A stretch of 32,000 nt of DNA from Kineococcus radiotolerans SRS30216 = ATCC BAA-149 (lineage in GTDB: Bacteria > Actinomycetota > Actinomycetes > Actinomycetales > Kineococcaceae): contig NC_009664.2 in the NCBI RefSeq assembly GCF_000017305.1, positions 3,780,001 to 3,812,000 of the forward strand, given 5' to 3'. A model generated the notes under the pieces. That model saw nothing but the letters and a program-made list of their open reading frames with translations, was not told the origin of the DNA and did not search any database. The position numbers and the translations under genes are program-made. Shown in pieces: positions 7,594 through 18,365 of the stretch. Numbering within the stretch: the stretch's first letter is position 1; each line of letters begins with the position of its first letter.

Positions 7594-9207
7594 GTGCCGT
7601 TGACCGACGGCCCGGGCGCCGACGGTGCCCGCGGCCCGCTGAAACTCTCGGACGTCGCGCAGGTCCTCGGAACCTCCGTCGCCGCCGGTGCCCCGACCCC
7701 CGCCCCGCCGGGGACCCCCGTCACCGGGGTCACGCTGGACTCCCGCCGGGTGCGTCCCGGCGACCTCTACGCGGCGCTGCCGGGAGCCAACGTCCACGGC
7801 GCGCGCTTCGCCGCCCAGGCCGCCGCCTCGGGAGCCGTCGCCGCCCTCACCGACCCCGCCGGGGCCGACCTCGTCGCGGCCGCCGGCCTGCCCGCGCTCG
7901 TGGTCGACGACCCCCGCGCCGTGCTCGGGGACCTCGCCGCCCGGATCCACGGCCGCCCCGGCGACGTCCTCACGACCGTCGGGGTCACCGGCACCAACGG
8001 CAAGACCACCACCGCCTACCTCGTGGAGTCCCTGCTGCGCTCCGCGGGCTGGACGACCGGCCTGCTCGGCACGGTCGAGACGCGCATCGCGGGGGAGCGC
8101 GTCGACAGCGTCCGCACCACCCCCGAGGCCCCGGACCTGCACGCGCTGCTGGCCCGGATGGTCGCCGCCGGGGTCCGCGGGTGCGCCCTGGAGGTCTCCA
8201 GCCACGCGCTGGTCCAGCACCGCGTCGACGGCCTGGTCCTCGACGTCGCGCTGTTCACCAACCTGTCCCAGGACCACCTGGACTTCCACGGGTCGATGGA
8301 GGAGTACTTCGCCGCCAAGGCGTCGCTGTTCACCCCCGCCCACGCCCGGCGGGGCGTCGTGTGGGTCGAGGAGGACGGGGCTCCCGACGCCTCCTGGGGC
8401 CGCCGCCTGGCGCGGCGCGCGAGCGTGCCGGTGGTCACCGTCGGCGCGGGCGACGCCGACTGGCGCGTCACCGACGTGCGCACCGGGCGGGCCGGCAGCA
8501 CCTTCCACCTCAGCGGCACCCTCCCCGGCGGTCCCGTCGAGCTGGACCTCACCTGCCCCCTGCCCGGGGACTTCAACGTCGCCAACGCGGCCCTGGCGGC
8601 CGTCGCGGTCCTCCACCTCGGCCCGGCCCCCGCGGTCGTCGCGGCCGGGCTGGCCGCCGCCGAGGGGGTCCCGGGCCGGATGCAGACCGTGGTCCGCGAC
8701 GGCGCCCCCCTCGTCGTCGTCGACTACGCCCACACCCCCGACGCCCTGGACCGGGTGCTGCGGACGCTGCGGGGGATCACCCCCGGCCGCCTGGTGGCCG
8801 TGTTCGGCGCCGGCGGGGACCGCGACCGGGGCAAGCGCCCGCTCATGGGGGCCGCCGTCGCGGCCCTCGCCGACGTGGCCGTGGTCACCGACGACAACCC
8901 CCGCTCCGAGGACGCGGCGGCCGTGCGCGCCGCCGTGCTCGCCGGCGCCCGGTCCGGCCCGGCGGAGGTCCTGGAGGTCGCCGACCGCGCCGCCGCCCTC
9001 GACGCCGCGCTGGCCCGGTGCCGGGGCGCGGGCGACACCGTGCTGCTGGCCGGCAAGGGCCACGAGACCGGCCAGGAGGCGGCGGGGGTCGTGACCCCCT
9101 TCGACGACCGGGCCGCCGCCGCGCACGCGCTGCAGCGGTGGGCCCGCACGCACACCCACGAGGACACCAGGGGCGCGGCCGGAGCCGCGCGAGGAGGTAG
9201 GCCGTGA
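7594..9207 (+). CDS. murE: UDP-MurNAc-L-Ala-D-Glu:2,6-diaminopimelate ligase MurE
   Basis: Mur-ligase P-loop [11 protein letters not shown]. The DNPR motif ([10 protein letters not shown]) is the form associated with diaminopimelate-adding MurE enzymes. The start codon (GTG 7594) has only a weak RBS. Confidence 0.94.
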   Translation: MPLTDGPGADGARGPLKLSDVAQVLGTSVAAGAPTPAPPGTPVTGVTLDSRRVRPGDLYAALPGANVHGARFAAQAAASGAVAALTDPAGADLVAAAGLPALVVDDPRAVLGDLAARIHGRPGDVLTTVGVTGTNGKTTTAYLVESLLRSAGWTTGLLGTVETRIAGERVDSVRTTPEAPDLHALLARMVAAGVRGCALEVSSHALVQHRVDGLVLDVALFTNLSQDHLDFHGSMEEYFAAKASLFTPAHARRGVVWVEEDGAPDASWGRRLARRASVPVVTVGAGDADWRVTDVRTGRAGSTFHLSGTLPGGPVELDLTCPLPGDFNVANAALAAVAVLHLGPAPAVVAAGLAAAEGVPGRMQTVVRDGAPLVVVDYAHTPDALDRVLRTLRGITPGRLVAVFGAGGDRDRGKRPLMGAAVAALADVAVVTDDNPRSEDAAAVRAAVLAGARSGPAEVLEVADRAAALDAALARCRGAGDTVLLAGKGHETGQEAAGVVTPFDDRAAAAHALQRWARTHTHEDTRGAAGAARGGRP

Positions 9208-10667
9208 TCGCGCTGACCGCGGCGGAGGTGGCGGAGCTGACCGGCGGTCGGCTCGCCGCCGGGACCGCGTCGACCCCGGTGACGGGACCCGTCGTCGTCG
9301 ACTCCCGCGCCGCCGGGCCCGGATCGCTCTTCGTGGCGCTGCCCGGGGAACGGGTCGACGGGGCCGACCACGCCGCGGGCGCCGTCGCCGCGGGCGCGAG
9401 CCTCGTCCTCGCCGAGCGCGAGGTCGAGCTGCCCGCCGGCGCCGCGCTCGTGGTCGTCGAGGACGGCGTCACCGCCCTCGGCCGGCTGGCGCGCGGGGTG
9501 CTGGAGCGCCTGCGCTCGACCGGGTCCGGTCCGCTGGTCGTGGGCGTCACCGGCAGCCAGGGCAAGACGACGACGAAGGACCTGCTGGCCCGGGTGCTCG
9601 CGCCCGCCGGCCCCGTCGTGGCTCCCGCGGGCAGCTTCAACAACGAGATCGGCGCCCCGCTCACGGTGCTGCGCGCCGACCGCGGCACCGTCACCCTCGT
9701 CGTGGAGATGGGCGCGCGCGGTCTGGGGCACATCGCCGCGCTGTGCGCGATCGCCCGCCCCGATGTCGGCGTCGAGCTCGTCGTGGGCGCCGCCCACGCC
9801 GGGGAGTTCGGGTCGCTGGAGACCACGGCGCGCGCCAAGGGCGAGCTCGTCGAGGCCCTCCCGGCCGAGGGGCTCGCCGTCCTGAACGCCGACGACGACC
9901 GGGTCGCGGCCATGGCCACCCGCACCCGCGCCCGGGTGCTGACCTTCGGCCGCGGCGCGCACGCCGACGTCCGCGCCCTCGACGTCGAGCTCGACGCGCT
10001 GGCCCGGCCCCGGTTCACCCTCCAGCACGGGGGCGGGCGCGCCCGCGTCCAGCTGCAGCTGCACGGGGAGCACCAGGTCACCAACGCCCTCGCCGCCGCG
10101 GCGGTCGCGCTGGGCACCGGGCGCCCGCTGGAGGAGGTCGCGGCGTCGCTGTCCGCCGCGACCGAGCTCAGCCCGGGGCGGATGCAGGTCGTCGAGCGCC
10201 CCGACGGGGTCACCGTCGTGCACGACGCGTACAACGCCAACCCCGACTCGATGCGGGCCGCGCTCAAGGCCCTCGTCGGGATGGCCGGGGCGGGGCGCCG
10301 GACGTGGGCGGTGCTGGGGGAGATGCTCGAGCTCGGCCCCGCCTCCCGCGAGGAGCACGACCTGCTCGGCCGGACCGTGGTGCGCCTCGACGTCGACCAG
10401 CTGCTGGTCGTGGGGGCCGGCGCGCGGCCGGTGTACACCGGCGCGGTCATGGAGGGCTCCTGGGGCGAGGAGGCCGCCTTCGCCACCGACGTCGACGACG
10501 CGCTGGAGTTCCTGCGCGCCCGGCTGCGGCCCGGCGACGTCGTCCTGGTCAAGTCCTCCAACGGAGCCGGCCTCGCCCGGCTCGCCACCACGCTCATCCA
10601 CGACACCACCGCCGCGACCCCCGGGACCCCCGGGACCGGCACCGAGACCACGGAGGCCTCGTCGTGA
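9204..10667 (+). CDS. murF: UDP-MurNAc-tripeptide:D-Ala-D-Ala ligase MurF
   Basis: GTG overlaps the murE stop (GTGA 9204-9207). It has the P-loop [13 protein letters not shown] and the Mur ligase middle/C-terminal domain pattern DAYNANP. Confidence 0.94.
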   Translation: MIALTAAEVAELTGGRLAAGTASTPVTGPVVVDSRAAGPGSLFVALPGERVDGADHAAGAVAAGASLVLAEREVELPAGAALVVVEDGVTALGRLARGVLERLRSTGSGPLVVGVTGSQGKTTTKDLLARVLAPAGPVVAPAGSFNNEIGAPLTVLRADRGTVTLVVEMGARGLGHIAALCAIARPDVGVELVVGAAHAGEFGSLETTARAKGELVEALPAEGLAVLNADDDRVAAMATRTRARVLTFGRGAHADVRALDVELDALARPRFTLQHGGGRARVQLQLHGEHQVTNALAAAAVALGTGRPLEEVAASLSAATELSPGRMQVVERPDGVTVVHDAYNANPDSMRAALKALVGMAGAGRRTWAVLGEMLELGPASREEHDLLGRTVVRLDVDQLLVVGAGARPVYTGAVMEGSWGEEAAFATDVDDALEFLRARLRPGDVVLVKSSNGAGLARLATTLIHDTTAATPGTPGTGTETTEASS

Positions 10668-11755
10668 GGACCGTCCTCATCGCGGGAGCGTTCTCCCTCG
10701 TCGTCTCCCTCTTCGGGACCCCGCTCTACATCCGCTGGCTCGTGCGCCGCGGGTACGGGCAGTTCGTCCGCGACGACGGGCCGACCTCGCACCACACCAA
10801 GCGCGGCACCCCCACGATGGGCGGGGTCGTCATCATCCTCGCCGCCCTGCTGGCCTACGGCGCCGCGCACCTGTTCACCGGGGCGCTGCCCACGGTCTCG
10901 GGCCTGCTCGTGCTGCTGCTGATGACCGGGCTGGGGGTCGTGGGCTTCCTCGACGACTTCCTGAAGATCTCCAACCAGCGCAGCCTCGGGCTGACCGCCA
11001 AGGCGAAGCTCGCCGGGCAGGGCCTGGTCGGGATCGTCTTCGCCGTCCTCGCGCTGCAGTTCCCGGCCGCCGGCAAGGACGGCACCACCCCCGCCTCCAC
11101 GCACATCTCGGTGCTGCGCGACACCCCCCTGGACCTCGCGGTCTTCGGGGCGGTCGGCGGCACCGTCCTGTTCGTGGTGTGGGCGCTGATCATCACCTCC
11201 GCGGTGAGCAACGGCGTCAACCTCACCGACGGCCTGGACGGGCTGGCGACGGGGGCGACGACGATGGTCCTGGCCGCCTACGTCCTCATCTGCACCTTCC
11301 AGTCCAACCAGAGCTGCTACTCCCTCACCGAGGTCGAGGCGCGCTGCTACGAGGTGCGCGACCCCCGCGACCTCGCCGTCGTCGCGGCCGCGGTGATGGG
11401 CGCCTGCTTCGGGTTCCTCTGGTGGAACGCCAGCCCCGCGAAGATCTTCATGGGCGACACCGGCTCGCTGGCCCTGGGCGGTGCGCTGGCCGGGCTGGCG
11501 ATCCTGTCCCGCACCCAGATCCTGCTCGTCCTGCTCGGCGGGCTCTTCGTCCTCATCACCCTCTCGGTGATCCTGCAGGTCGGGTCGTTCAAGCTGACGG
11601 GGAAGCGGATCTTCCGGATGGCGCCGTTGCAGCACCACTTCGAGCTGGCGGGCTGGGGCGAGGTCACCATCGTCATCCGGTTCTGGATCATCGCCGGGCT
11701 GTTCGTCTTCCTCGGCCTCGGGGTGTTCTACGCGGAGTGGGTGACCGGCGCGTGA
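10664..11755 (+). CDS. mraY: Phospho-MurNAc-pentapeptide translocase MraY
   Basis: GTG overlaps the murF stop (GTGA 10664-10667), giving 363 aa. It is polytopic, with motifs [25 protein letters not shown] and PLQHHFEL. Confidence 0.95.
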   Translation: MRTVLIAGAFSLVVSLFGTPLYIRWLVRRGYGQFVRDDGPTSHHTKRGTPTMGGVVIILAALLAYGAAHLFTGALPTVSGLLVLLLMTGLGVVGFLDDFLKISNQRSLGLTAKAKLAGQGLVGIVFAVLALQFPAAGKDGTTPASTHISVLRDTPLDLAVFGAVGGTVLFVVWALIITSAVSNGVNLTDGLDGLATGATTMVLAAYVLICTFQSNQSCYSLTEVEARCYEVRDPRDLAVVAAAVMGACFGFLWWNASPAKIFMGDTGSLALGGALAGLAILSRTQILLVLLGGLFVLITLSVILQVGSFKLTGKRIFRMAPLQHHFELAGWGEVTIVIRFWIIAGLFVFLGLGVFYAEWVTGA

Positions 11756-13338
11756 CCGTCTTCGAGTCCTGGCTGGGCAACCCCAACCCGCGCGCCGACG
11801 ACACCGACCGGGTCCGGGAGCTGCGCTCGCCCACCTCCCGCTGGGCGGGGCTGCGCACCCTGGTCACCGGTCTGGGGATCTCCGGCTTCGCCGCCGCCGA
11901 CGCCCTGCTGGAGGTCGGGGCGGAGGTCGTCGTGGTCGACGCCGCCACGGGGGAGACCCAGCGGGAGAAGGCCCGGCTGCTGGAGGTCCTCGGCGCCACC
12001 GTCCTCCTGGGCCCCGAGCACGTGAGCGCCCCGCCGCGCCCCTGGGACGGCTTCGACCTCGTCGTCACCTCACCCGGCTGGCGCCCCGACGCGGACCTGC
12101 TCGTGGGCGCAGCGCGGGCCGGGGTCCCGGTGTGGGGCGACGTGGAGCTGGCGTGGCGGATGCGGCCCGAGACCGGCGCCGCGCCCTGGCTCACCCTCAC
12201 CGGCACCAACGGCAAGACGACCGTGGTGGAGATGACCGCGGAGATCCTGCGGGCGGCGGGGTTGCGCGCGACCAGCGCGGGCAACGTCGGCACCCCGCTG
12301 GTGGAGGCGCTGCGCCACCCCCACGGCTTCGAGGTCCTCGCCGTGGAGCTGTCCAGCTACCAGCTGCACTGGCTGTCCACCGACGTGGAGAGCTCCGTGC
12401 GCCCGCTGGCCTCGGCCGTGCTCAACCTCGCCCCCGACCACCTGGACTGGCACGGGTCGATGGAGGCCTACGCCCTGGCCAAGGGCCGCATCTACCAGAA
12501 CACCGAGGTCGCCTGCGTGTACAACGTCGGCGACCCGCGCACCGAGGACCTCGTGCGCGAGGCCGACGTGGTGGAGGGGGCCCGGGCGATCGGCTTCACC
12601 CGCGCGGTCCCCGGGCTGTCCATGCTCGGTCTCGTGGAGGACGTCCTCTGCGACCGCGCCTTCGTCGCCGAGCGCCGCGACAACGCCGCCGAGCTCTGCT
12701 CGCTGGCCGACCTGCGCCCCGAGGGCTCCGACGACCCCGTCGCCCCGCACACCGTGGAGAACGTCCTGGCCGCCGCGGCGCTGGCCCGGGCCGCCGGGGT
12801 CCCGCAGATCGCCGTGCGCGACGGGGTGCGGGCCTTCCGGCCCGCCCCGCACCGGGTCGCGACGGTGGCGGCGCCGAGCGCGGCGACGGCGCAGGTGCGC
12901 TGGGTCGACGACTCCAAGGCCACCAACGCCCACGCCGCGAACGCCTCGCTCGCGACCTTCGAGCACGTCGTCTGGATCGCCGGCGGGGACGCCAAGGGCG
13001 CCACGTTCGACGACCTCGTGCAGGCCCACCGCGGCCGCCTGCGGGGGGCCGTGCTGATCGGCGCCGACCGCGCCCTGGTGGCCGAGGCCCTGCGGCGACA
13101 CGCCCCGGATGTCCCCGTCGTCGAGGTGGAGCTCCCGCAGACTGCTGAGGTGGGTGCCCCGCTCGATCACGCGCTGCTGATGGACACCGTGGTGGCCCGG
13201 GCCGCGGAGCTCGCCCGTCCCGGGGACACCGTGCTGCTCGCCCCCGCCTGCGCGTCGTGGGACCAGTTCCGCTCCTACGGCCACCGCGGCGACGAGTTCG
13301 CCGCCGCCGTCGTCCGCCGGTTCCCCCGGGAGGCGTGA
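11752..13338 (+). CDS. murD: UDP-MurNAc-L-Ala:D-Glu ligase MurD
   Basis: GTG overlaps the mraY stop (GTGA 11752-11755). Motifs: N-domain [13 protein letters not shown]-loop [16 protein letters not shown]. An N-terminal extension of about 35 aa precedes the Rossmann-like domain. Confidence 0.94.
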   Translation: MTVFESWLGNPNPRADDTDRVRELRSPTSRWAGLRTLVTGLGISGFAAADALLEVGAEVVVVDAATGETQREKARLLEVLGATVLLGPEHVSAPPRPWDGFDLVVTSPGWRPDADLLVGAARAGVPVWGDVELAWRMRPETGAAPWLTLTGTNGKTTVVEMTAEILRAAGLRATSAGNVGTPLVEALRHPHGFEVLAVELSSYQLHWLSTDVESSVRPLASAVLNLAPDHLDWHGSMEAYALAKGRIYQNTEVACVYNVGDPRTEDLVREADVVEGARAIGFTRAVPGLSMLGLVEDVLCDRAFVAERRDNAAELCSLADLRPEGSDDPVAPHTVENVLAAAALARAAGVPQIAVRDGVRAFRPAPHRVATVAAPSAATAQVRWVDDSKATNAHAANASLATFEHVVWIAGGDAKGATFDDLVQAHRGRLRGAVLIGADRALVAEALRRHAPDVPVVEVELPQTAEVGAPLDHALLMDTVVARAAELARPGDTVLLAPACASWDQFRSYGHRGDEFAAAVVRRFPREA

Positions 13339-13339
13339 C

Positions 13340-14671
13340 GTGGCGCTGACCGGTTCGCGCGAACGGCCCACCACCCGCCCCCGGGCGAGCGCCCCCGACT
13401 GGCGCCGCCCGGCGTGGCTGGACGCGACGGGGGAGTGGTTCCGCGACCGCGTGCGGCTGCTGGAGTCCCCGCTGGCCACCCACCACGTCCTGCTCGGCAC
13501 CACGGCCATGCTCGTGGTGATCGGGCTGGTCATGGTGCTGTCGAGCTCCAGCGTGGAGGCGCTCACCGAGTACGGGACGCCCTACTACTTCTTCCGCAAG
13601 CAGGCCATCTTCGCCGTCCTGGGCGCGGTCGTGCTCCTCGTCGCCAGCCGCGTCCCGGCGCGCGCCTGGCAGCGGCTGGCCCTGCCCGCGCTGTTCGCCA
13701 CGGCCTTCCTGCAGCTGCTCGTCTTCGTGCCCGGCATCGGCAAGGAGGTCGGCGGCAACCGGAACTGGATCCAGGTCGGCGGCTTCCAGGCCCAGCCGTC
13801 GGAGGCCGCGAAGATCGCGCTGGTGCTGGCGCTGGCGCTGGCGCTGTCGCGCCGGCAGGAGGTGCTGCACGAGCCGGCGAAGCTCGCCGCCGCGATGGTC
13901 CCCTCGGTCGGGCTGACGATCGGCCTGGTGCTGCTCTCCCGCGACCTGGGGACCGCGCTGATCATGATGGCCGTCGTGGTCGTGATGCTGTGGGTCGCCG
14001 GCATCCCCGCCCGGTGGTTCGCCCTGGCGGGCGGCATCGGCGGCCTGGTGGCCGCGCTGGCCGTCCTGAGCAGCACCAACCGCCGGCACCGCGTGCAGGA
14101 CTGGCTCTCCGGCAGCACCGACAGCGCCCAGGCCATCCAGGGCCTGTCCTGGCAGCCGGTCCAGGGGAAGTACGCGCTGGCCTCGGGCGGCTGGTGGGGC
14201 CTGGGCCTCGGGGCCAGCCGGGAGAAGTGGTCCTGGCTGCCGGAGGCGCACAACGACTTCATCTTCGCGATCATCGGCGAGGAGCTGGGCCTGCCCGGGA
14301 CGCTGACCATCCTCGTGCTCTTCGGCGTGCTGGCCCTGGCCACCCTGCGCCTGGTCCGGCGCTCGCAGACCCTCTACGCCAAGCTCGCCGTGGCCGGGTT
14401 CGCGGCCTGGATCCTGGGTCAGGCGGGCCTCAACATCGCCGTCGTCCTGAGCCTGCTCCCGGTCATCGGCGTCCCCCTGCCGCTCATCTCCTACGGGGGG
14501 TCCGCGCTCGTGCTGACCCTGCTGGGCGTGGGCGTCCTGCTGTCCTTCGCCCGCGCCGAGCCCGGCGCCCCCGAGGCCATCCGGGCCCGGGAGTCGGTCG
14601 TCGCCCGGTCCCTGGCGGTGCTGCCGCAACGCACCCCCAAGCGCACGCGTCCCACGAGAGGCTCGAAGTGA
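13340..14671 (+). CDS. ftsW: SEDS-family peptidoglycan glycosyltransferase FtsW
   Basis: GTG lies 1 nt after the murD stop. The protein is polytopic, with PSEAAKIALVL, LPEAHNDFIFAIIGEELG and PLPLISYGGSA. Confidence 0.93.
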   Translation: MALTGSRERPTTRPRASAPDWRRPAWLDATGEWFRDRVRLLESPLATHHVLLGTTAMLVVIGLVMVLSSSSVEALTEYGTPYYFFRKQAIFAVLGAVVLLVASRVPARAWQRLALPALFATAFLQLLVFVPGIGKEVGGNRNWIQVGGFQAQPSEAAKIALVLALALALSRRQEVLHEPAKLAAAMVPSVGLTIGLVLLSRDLGTALIMMAVVVVMLWVAGIPARWFALAGGIGGLVAALAVLSSTNRRHRVQDWLSGSTDSAQAIQGLSWQPVQGKYALASGGWWGLGLGASREKWSWLPEAHNDFIFAIIGEELGLPGTLTILVLFGVLALATLRLVRRSQTLYAKLAVAGFAAWILGQAGLNIAVVLSLLPVIGVPLPLISYGGSALVLTLLGVGVLLSFARAEPGAPEAIRARESVVARSLAVLPQRTPKRTRPTRGSK

Positions 14672-15756
14672 ACGTCCTGCTCGCCGGCGGGGGGACGACG
14701 GGGCACGTGGCCCCGCTGCTCGCCACCGCCGACCACCTGCGGGCCCGCGACGCCTCGTCCCGGGTGCTCGTCCTCGGCACCACCGAGGGCGTGGAGTCCC
14801 GGCTGGTCCCCCAGCGCGGCTACGACCTCGCCGTCGTCCCGCGGGTCCCGCTGCCGCGCAAGCCGTCGGTGGACCTGCTGCGGCTGCCCGGACGGCTGCG
14901 CGCCGCCGTCGCCGCGGCCCACCGGGCCATCGAGGACGTGCGGGCCGACGTGGTCGTCGGCTTCGGCGGCTACGTCGCGACGCCGGCCTACCTCGCGGCC
15001 CGCCGCGCCGGTGTCCCCGTCGTCGTCCACGAGCAGAACGCGCTGCCGGGCATCGCCAACCGCCTCGGGGCGCGCTGGGCCGTGAGCGTCGCCGTGACGT
15101 TCCCCGGCACCCCGCTGCCGCGGGCGGTGCACACCGGGATGCCGCTGCGCTCCGAGATCACCGCCCTGGCCGCGGCTCCGGACCGCGCGGCGCGGCGGGC
15201 GGCGGCCCGGGCCGAGCTCGGCCTCGACCCCGACGCCCCGCTGCTGCTGGTGACCGGCGGGTCGCTGGGCGCCCAGCGGCTCAACGACGTCTTCGGCGCC
15301 TGCGCCGAGGAGCTCACCGCGGCCGGGGTGCAGGTGCTGCACGCCAGCGGCCGGGGCAAGCGGGTCCCGCTCGCCGCCGGGGTGGACCCCTCCCGCTACG
15401 TCGTGCGCGACTACCTCGACGGCATGGACACCGCGTACGCCGCCGCCGACCTGGTCGCCTGCCGCAGCGGGGCCGGGACGGTCAGCGAGCTCACCGCGGT
15501 GGGCCTGCCCGCCGTCTACGTCCCGCTGCCCATCGGCAACGGCGAGCAGCGGCGCAACGCCGAGCCGGTGGTGGCCGCCGGCGGCGGGGTCCTCGTCGAC
15601 GACGCCGCCCTGGACGCGGCGTTCGTGCGCGAGCGCGTCCTGCCCCTGCTCACCGACGCCAGGGCCCTGGCCGTCGCGGCGCGCGCCGCCGCGGGCGCCG
15701 GGGTCCACGACGGCGCCGAGAAGCTCGTCGACCTCGTCGAGGCGGCGGCCCGGTGA
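14668..15756 (+). CDS. murG: Lipid II synthase (UDP-GlcNAc transferase) MurG
   Basis: GTG overlaps the ftsW stop (GTGA 14668-14671), giving 362 aa. Motifs: G-loop AGGGTTGHVAPLLA, TGGSLGAQ, CRSGAGTVSEL. Confidence 0.95.
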   Translation: MNVLLAGGGTTGHVAPLLATADHLRARDASSRVLVLGTTEGVESRLVPQRGYDLAVVPRVPLPRKPSVDLLRLPGRLRAAVAAAHRAIEDVRADVVVGFGGYVATPAYLAARRAGVPVVVHEQNALPGIANRLGARWAVSVAVTFPGTPLPRAVHTGMPLRSEITALAAAPDRAARRAAARAELGLDPDAPLLLVTGGSLGAQRLNDVFGACAEELTAAGVQVLHASGRGKRVPLAAGVDPSRYVVRDYLDGMDTAYAAADLVACRSGAGTVSELTAVGLPAVYVPLPIGNGEQRRNAEPVVAAGGGVLVDDAALDAAFVRERVLPLLTDARALAVAARAAAGAGVHDGAEKLVDLVEAAAR

Positions 15757-17168
15757 CGGGCCCGACCGGCGCGGCGGTGGACGGGGTCGCGCGGCTGGGC
15801 CGGGTGCACCTGCTGGGCATCGGCGGGGTCGGGATGTCGGGCATCGCCCGGCTGCTGCGCGGGCGCGGGGTGGAGGTCTCCGGCACCGACGCGGCCCCCT
15901 CGCCCACGCTGGACCGGCTGCGCGAGCTCGGGATCCGCACCCGCGTCGGGCACGACCCGGCCCACCTGGGCGACCTCGGGGCCGGCGACACCCTCGTGGT
16001 GAGCTCGGCGGTCCGCGCGACCAACCCGGAGCTGCTCGCCGCCCGCGAGCGCGGGGTGCGGGTGCTGCACCGCTCGGAGGCGCTGGCCGCGCTCATGGCC
16101 GGGCGGGCCGGGGTGGCCGTGGCCGGCACCCACGGCAAGACCACGACGTCGTCGATGCTCGCGGTGGCCCTCACCGCCGCCGGGCTGGACCCGTCCTACG
16201 CCATCGGGGGGGAGCTCACCGGCGGCGACGACGGCGGGGCCCGCGACGGGAGCGGCCCCTTCGTGGCCGAGGCGGACGAGTCCGACGGGTCCTTCCGCGC
16301 CTACGCGCCGGTCGTGGACGTCGTGACCAACGTCGAACCCGACCACCTCGACCACTACGGCACCGCGGAGGCCTTCGCCGCGGCCTTCGAGGAGTTCGTC
16401 GACCGGTTGCAGCCCGGAGGGCTGCTGGTGGCCTGCGCCGACGACCCCGGGTCCGCGGCGCTGGCCGGGCACGCGCGCGGGCGCGGCGTGCGGGTCCGCA
16501 CCTACGGCGCCTCCGCCACCGCCGACGTGCGGCTGCGGGACCTGCAGCCGGGCGCCGCCGCGTCGGCGGTCCTGGTCGACGGGGGCGTCCCGCGCGAGCT
16601 GCGCCTCGCCGTGCCCGGCGAGCACAACGTGCTCAACGCGGCGGCGGCGTACTGCGCCGCGGTGGAGCTCGGCGCCGACCCGGTCGCGGTGCTGGAGGGA
16701 CTGGCCCGCTTCGGCGGGGCCCGGCGCCGCTTCGAGCTCAAGGGCGAGGCGGCCGGGGTGCGGGTGGTCGACGACTACGCCCACCACCCGACGGAGGTCG
16801 AGGCGCTGCTGCGCGCGGCGCGCCCGGTCGCGGGCGGGGGACGGGTCGTGGTGGTCTTCCAGCCGCACCTGGTCAGCCGCACCCGGGCCTTCGCCGCGGA
16901 GTTCGGCCGCGCGCTGGCCCTGGCCGACGAGGTCGTCGTCCTCGACGTCTACGTCGCCCGCGAGGACCCCGACCCGGAGGTCACCGGGGCGCTGGTGGCC
17001 GACGCGGTCCCGCTGCCGGCGGGCCGCGTGCGCTTCCTGCCCGACCGCTCGGCGGCAGCGGGGACGCTGGCCGCGACGGTGCGGGCGGGCGACCTGCTGC
17101 TGACCGTCGGCGCGGGTGACGTCACGACCGTGGGCCCCGAGGTCCTGAACCTGCTGGCGGAGCGCTGA
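15753..17168 (+). CDS. murC: UDP-MurNAc:L-Ala ligase MurC
   Basis: GTG overlaps the murG stop (GTGA 15753-15756). Motifs: HLLGIGGVGMSGIA, VAGTHGKTTT, DDYAHHPTE. Confidence 0.95.
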   Translation: MTGPTGAAVDGVARLGRVHLLGIGGVGMSGIARLLRGRGVEVSGTDAAPSPTLDRLRELGIRTRVGHDPAHLGDLGAGDTLVVSSAVRATNPELLAARERGVRVLHRSEALAALMAGRAGVAVAGTHGKTTTSSMLAVALTAAGLDPSYAIGGELTGGDDGGARDGSGPFVAEADESDGSFRAYAPVVDVVTNVEPDHLDHYGTAEAFAAAFEEFVDRLQPGGLLVACADDPGSAALAGHARGRGVRVRTYGASATADVRLRDLQPGAAASAVLVDGGVPRELRLAVPGEHNVLNAAAAYCAAVELGADPVAVLEGLARFGGARRRFELKGEAAGVRVVDDYAHHPTEVEALLRAARPVAGGGRVVVVFQPHLVSRTRAFAAEFGRALALADEVVVLDVYVAREDPDPEVTGALVADAVPLPAGRVRFLPDRSAAAGTLAATVRAGDLLLTVGAGDVTTVGPEVLNLLAER

Positions 17169-18121
17169 TGGCGCGTCCGACCCGGCCCCGCCAGCCCCCG
17201 GCGCCCCCGCCCGCGTCGGCGGGCGAGCCCGCCCCGGTGCGCCGGAGCGGTGCCCCGCAGCGTCGGCGGGCCGTGCGCGCGGCCGGTCAGACCCCGGTGG
17301 TCCCGGCGAGGTCGCGGACCCCGTCGGCCCGGGAGACCCGCCCCGCTCCCGCCGCGGCGCGCGGCGGGGCGCGCCCGGGCGGCCGGCAGCGCCCGCCCGT
17401 CGCCGACCTGGCCGGCGCCCGTCGCGCCCGGCGCTGGCGGCCGGGACGGCGCGCGGGCGGGGTCCTGGCCGTGCTGGGCCTCCTCCTCGTCGCGGCCGGC
17501 TGGCTGCTGCTGGGCTCGCCCTGGCTGCGCGTGACGGAGGTCCGCGTCGACGGCGTGGAGCGCACCGACCTCGCGACGGTGCGGGCCGTGGTGGACGGGC
17601 AGCGCGGGAACGCGCTGGCCCGGGTGGACACGCGCTCGCTGGCGGCGGAGGTGTCCGCGCTGCCGCTGGTGCAGGGCGCCGACGTGGTGCGGTCGTGGCC
17701 CTCGACCCTGGTCGTGACCGTCCACGAGCGCCAGGCCGTCGCGGCCGTGCCCTCGACCACCGGCGGGGTCGACCTCGTCGACGGCACGGGGACGGTGCTG
17801 GTGCACGCCGCTGACGCCCCGAGCGGGGTCCCGCTCCTCGACGTCGACGTGGCCGCGGCGGGCGGCGACGCCCTGCAGGCGGCGATCGCGGTGAACGCCA
17901 CGCTGTCCACGGAGGTCCGGTCACGGGTGTCGTCGATCTCCGCGACCAGTCCCGACGCGGTCTCCCTGCAGCTGGCGGGGGGCCCGCGGGTGGTGTGGGG
18001 CGACGACAGCCGCCCCGAGCGCAAGGCCGAGGTGCTGCTGCGGCTGCTGGCGGACCCGACGGCGTCGGCGGGTTCCGTCCTCGACGTCTCCGCGCCCGAC
18101 GCGCCCGCCGTCACCCCGTGA
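17168..18121 (+). CDS. ftsQ: Cell-division protein FtsQ/DivIB
   Basis: ATG overlaps the murC stop (TGATG 17166-17170). It has an Arg/Pro-rich cytoplasmic tail of about 100 aa, one TM helix (VLAVLGLLLVAAGWLLL), then a POTRA-like segment LRVTEVRVDGVERTDLATV. It is in the conserved position before ftsZ. Confidence 0.85.
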   Translation: MARPTRPRQPPAPPPASAGEPAPVRRSGAPQRRRAVRAAGQTPVVPARSRTPSARETRPAPAAARGGARPGGRQRPPVADLAGARRARRWRPGRRAGGVLAVLGLLLVAAGWLLLGSPWLRVTEVRVDGVERTDLATVRAVVDGQRGNALARVDTRSLAAEVSALPLVQGADVVRSWPSTLVVTVHERQAVAAVPSTTGGVDLVDGTGTVLVHAADAPSGVPLLDVDVAAAGGDALQAAIAVNATLSTEVRSRVSSISATSPDAVSLQLAGGPRVVWGDDSRPERKAEVLLRLLADPTASAGSVLDVSAPDAPAVTP

Positions 18122-18228
18122 GGCCGTCCCTCCTCTGAACTCCTGGTGATTCCTTAGTCACTGAGGGTCATTTGTGGTGTAGATCCCGGATCCGAACGGG
18201 GTGTTGTCGCGACACGCCGTGCCGACGG

Positions 18229-18258
18229 TTGCAGTTCACCTCCTCCGCTCCCTACGGT
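18229..18258 (+). promoter_or_regulatory. Candidate ftsZ promoter: -35 TTGCAG (18229-18234), 18-nt spacer, -10 TACGGT (18253-18258)
   Basis: Hexamers were read directly in the lower-GC 244-bp ftsQ-ftsZ spacer. Actinobacterial ftsZ genes are known to have their own promoters in this spacer. Confidence 0.35.
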
Positions 18259-18286
18259 CACCATCCAGCAGGAAGTGACATAACGT

Positions 18287-18307
18287 TGACCCTCTACCTG
18301 AGGGTCA
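18287..18307 (+). other. Stem-loop TGACCCTC-tacct-GAGGGTCA in the ftsZ leader; its right arm is part of a 10-bp direct repeat CTGAGGGTCA (18161-18170 and 18298-18307)
   Basis: Read directly. It is an 8-bp perfect stem about 60 nt upstream of the ftsZ GTG. Confidence 0.4.
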
Positions 18308-18365
18308 GGGTTCGGCACCACCGCTCAGACAGCGACACAGGCGAAAGAGGCGAGAGGCACTCGAC

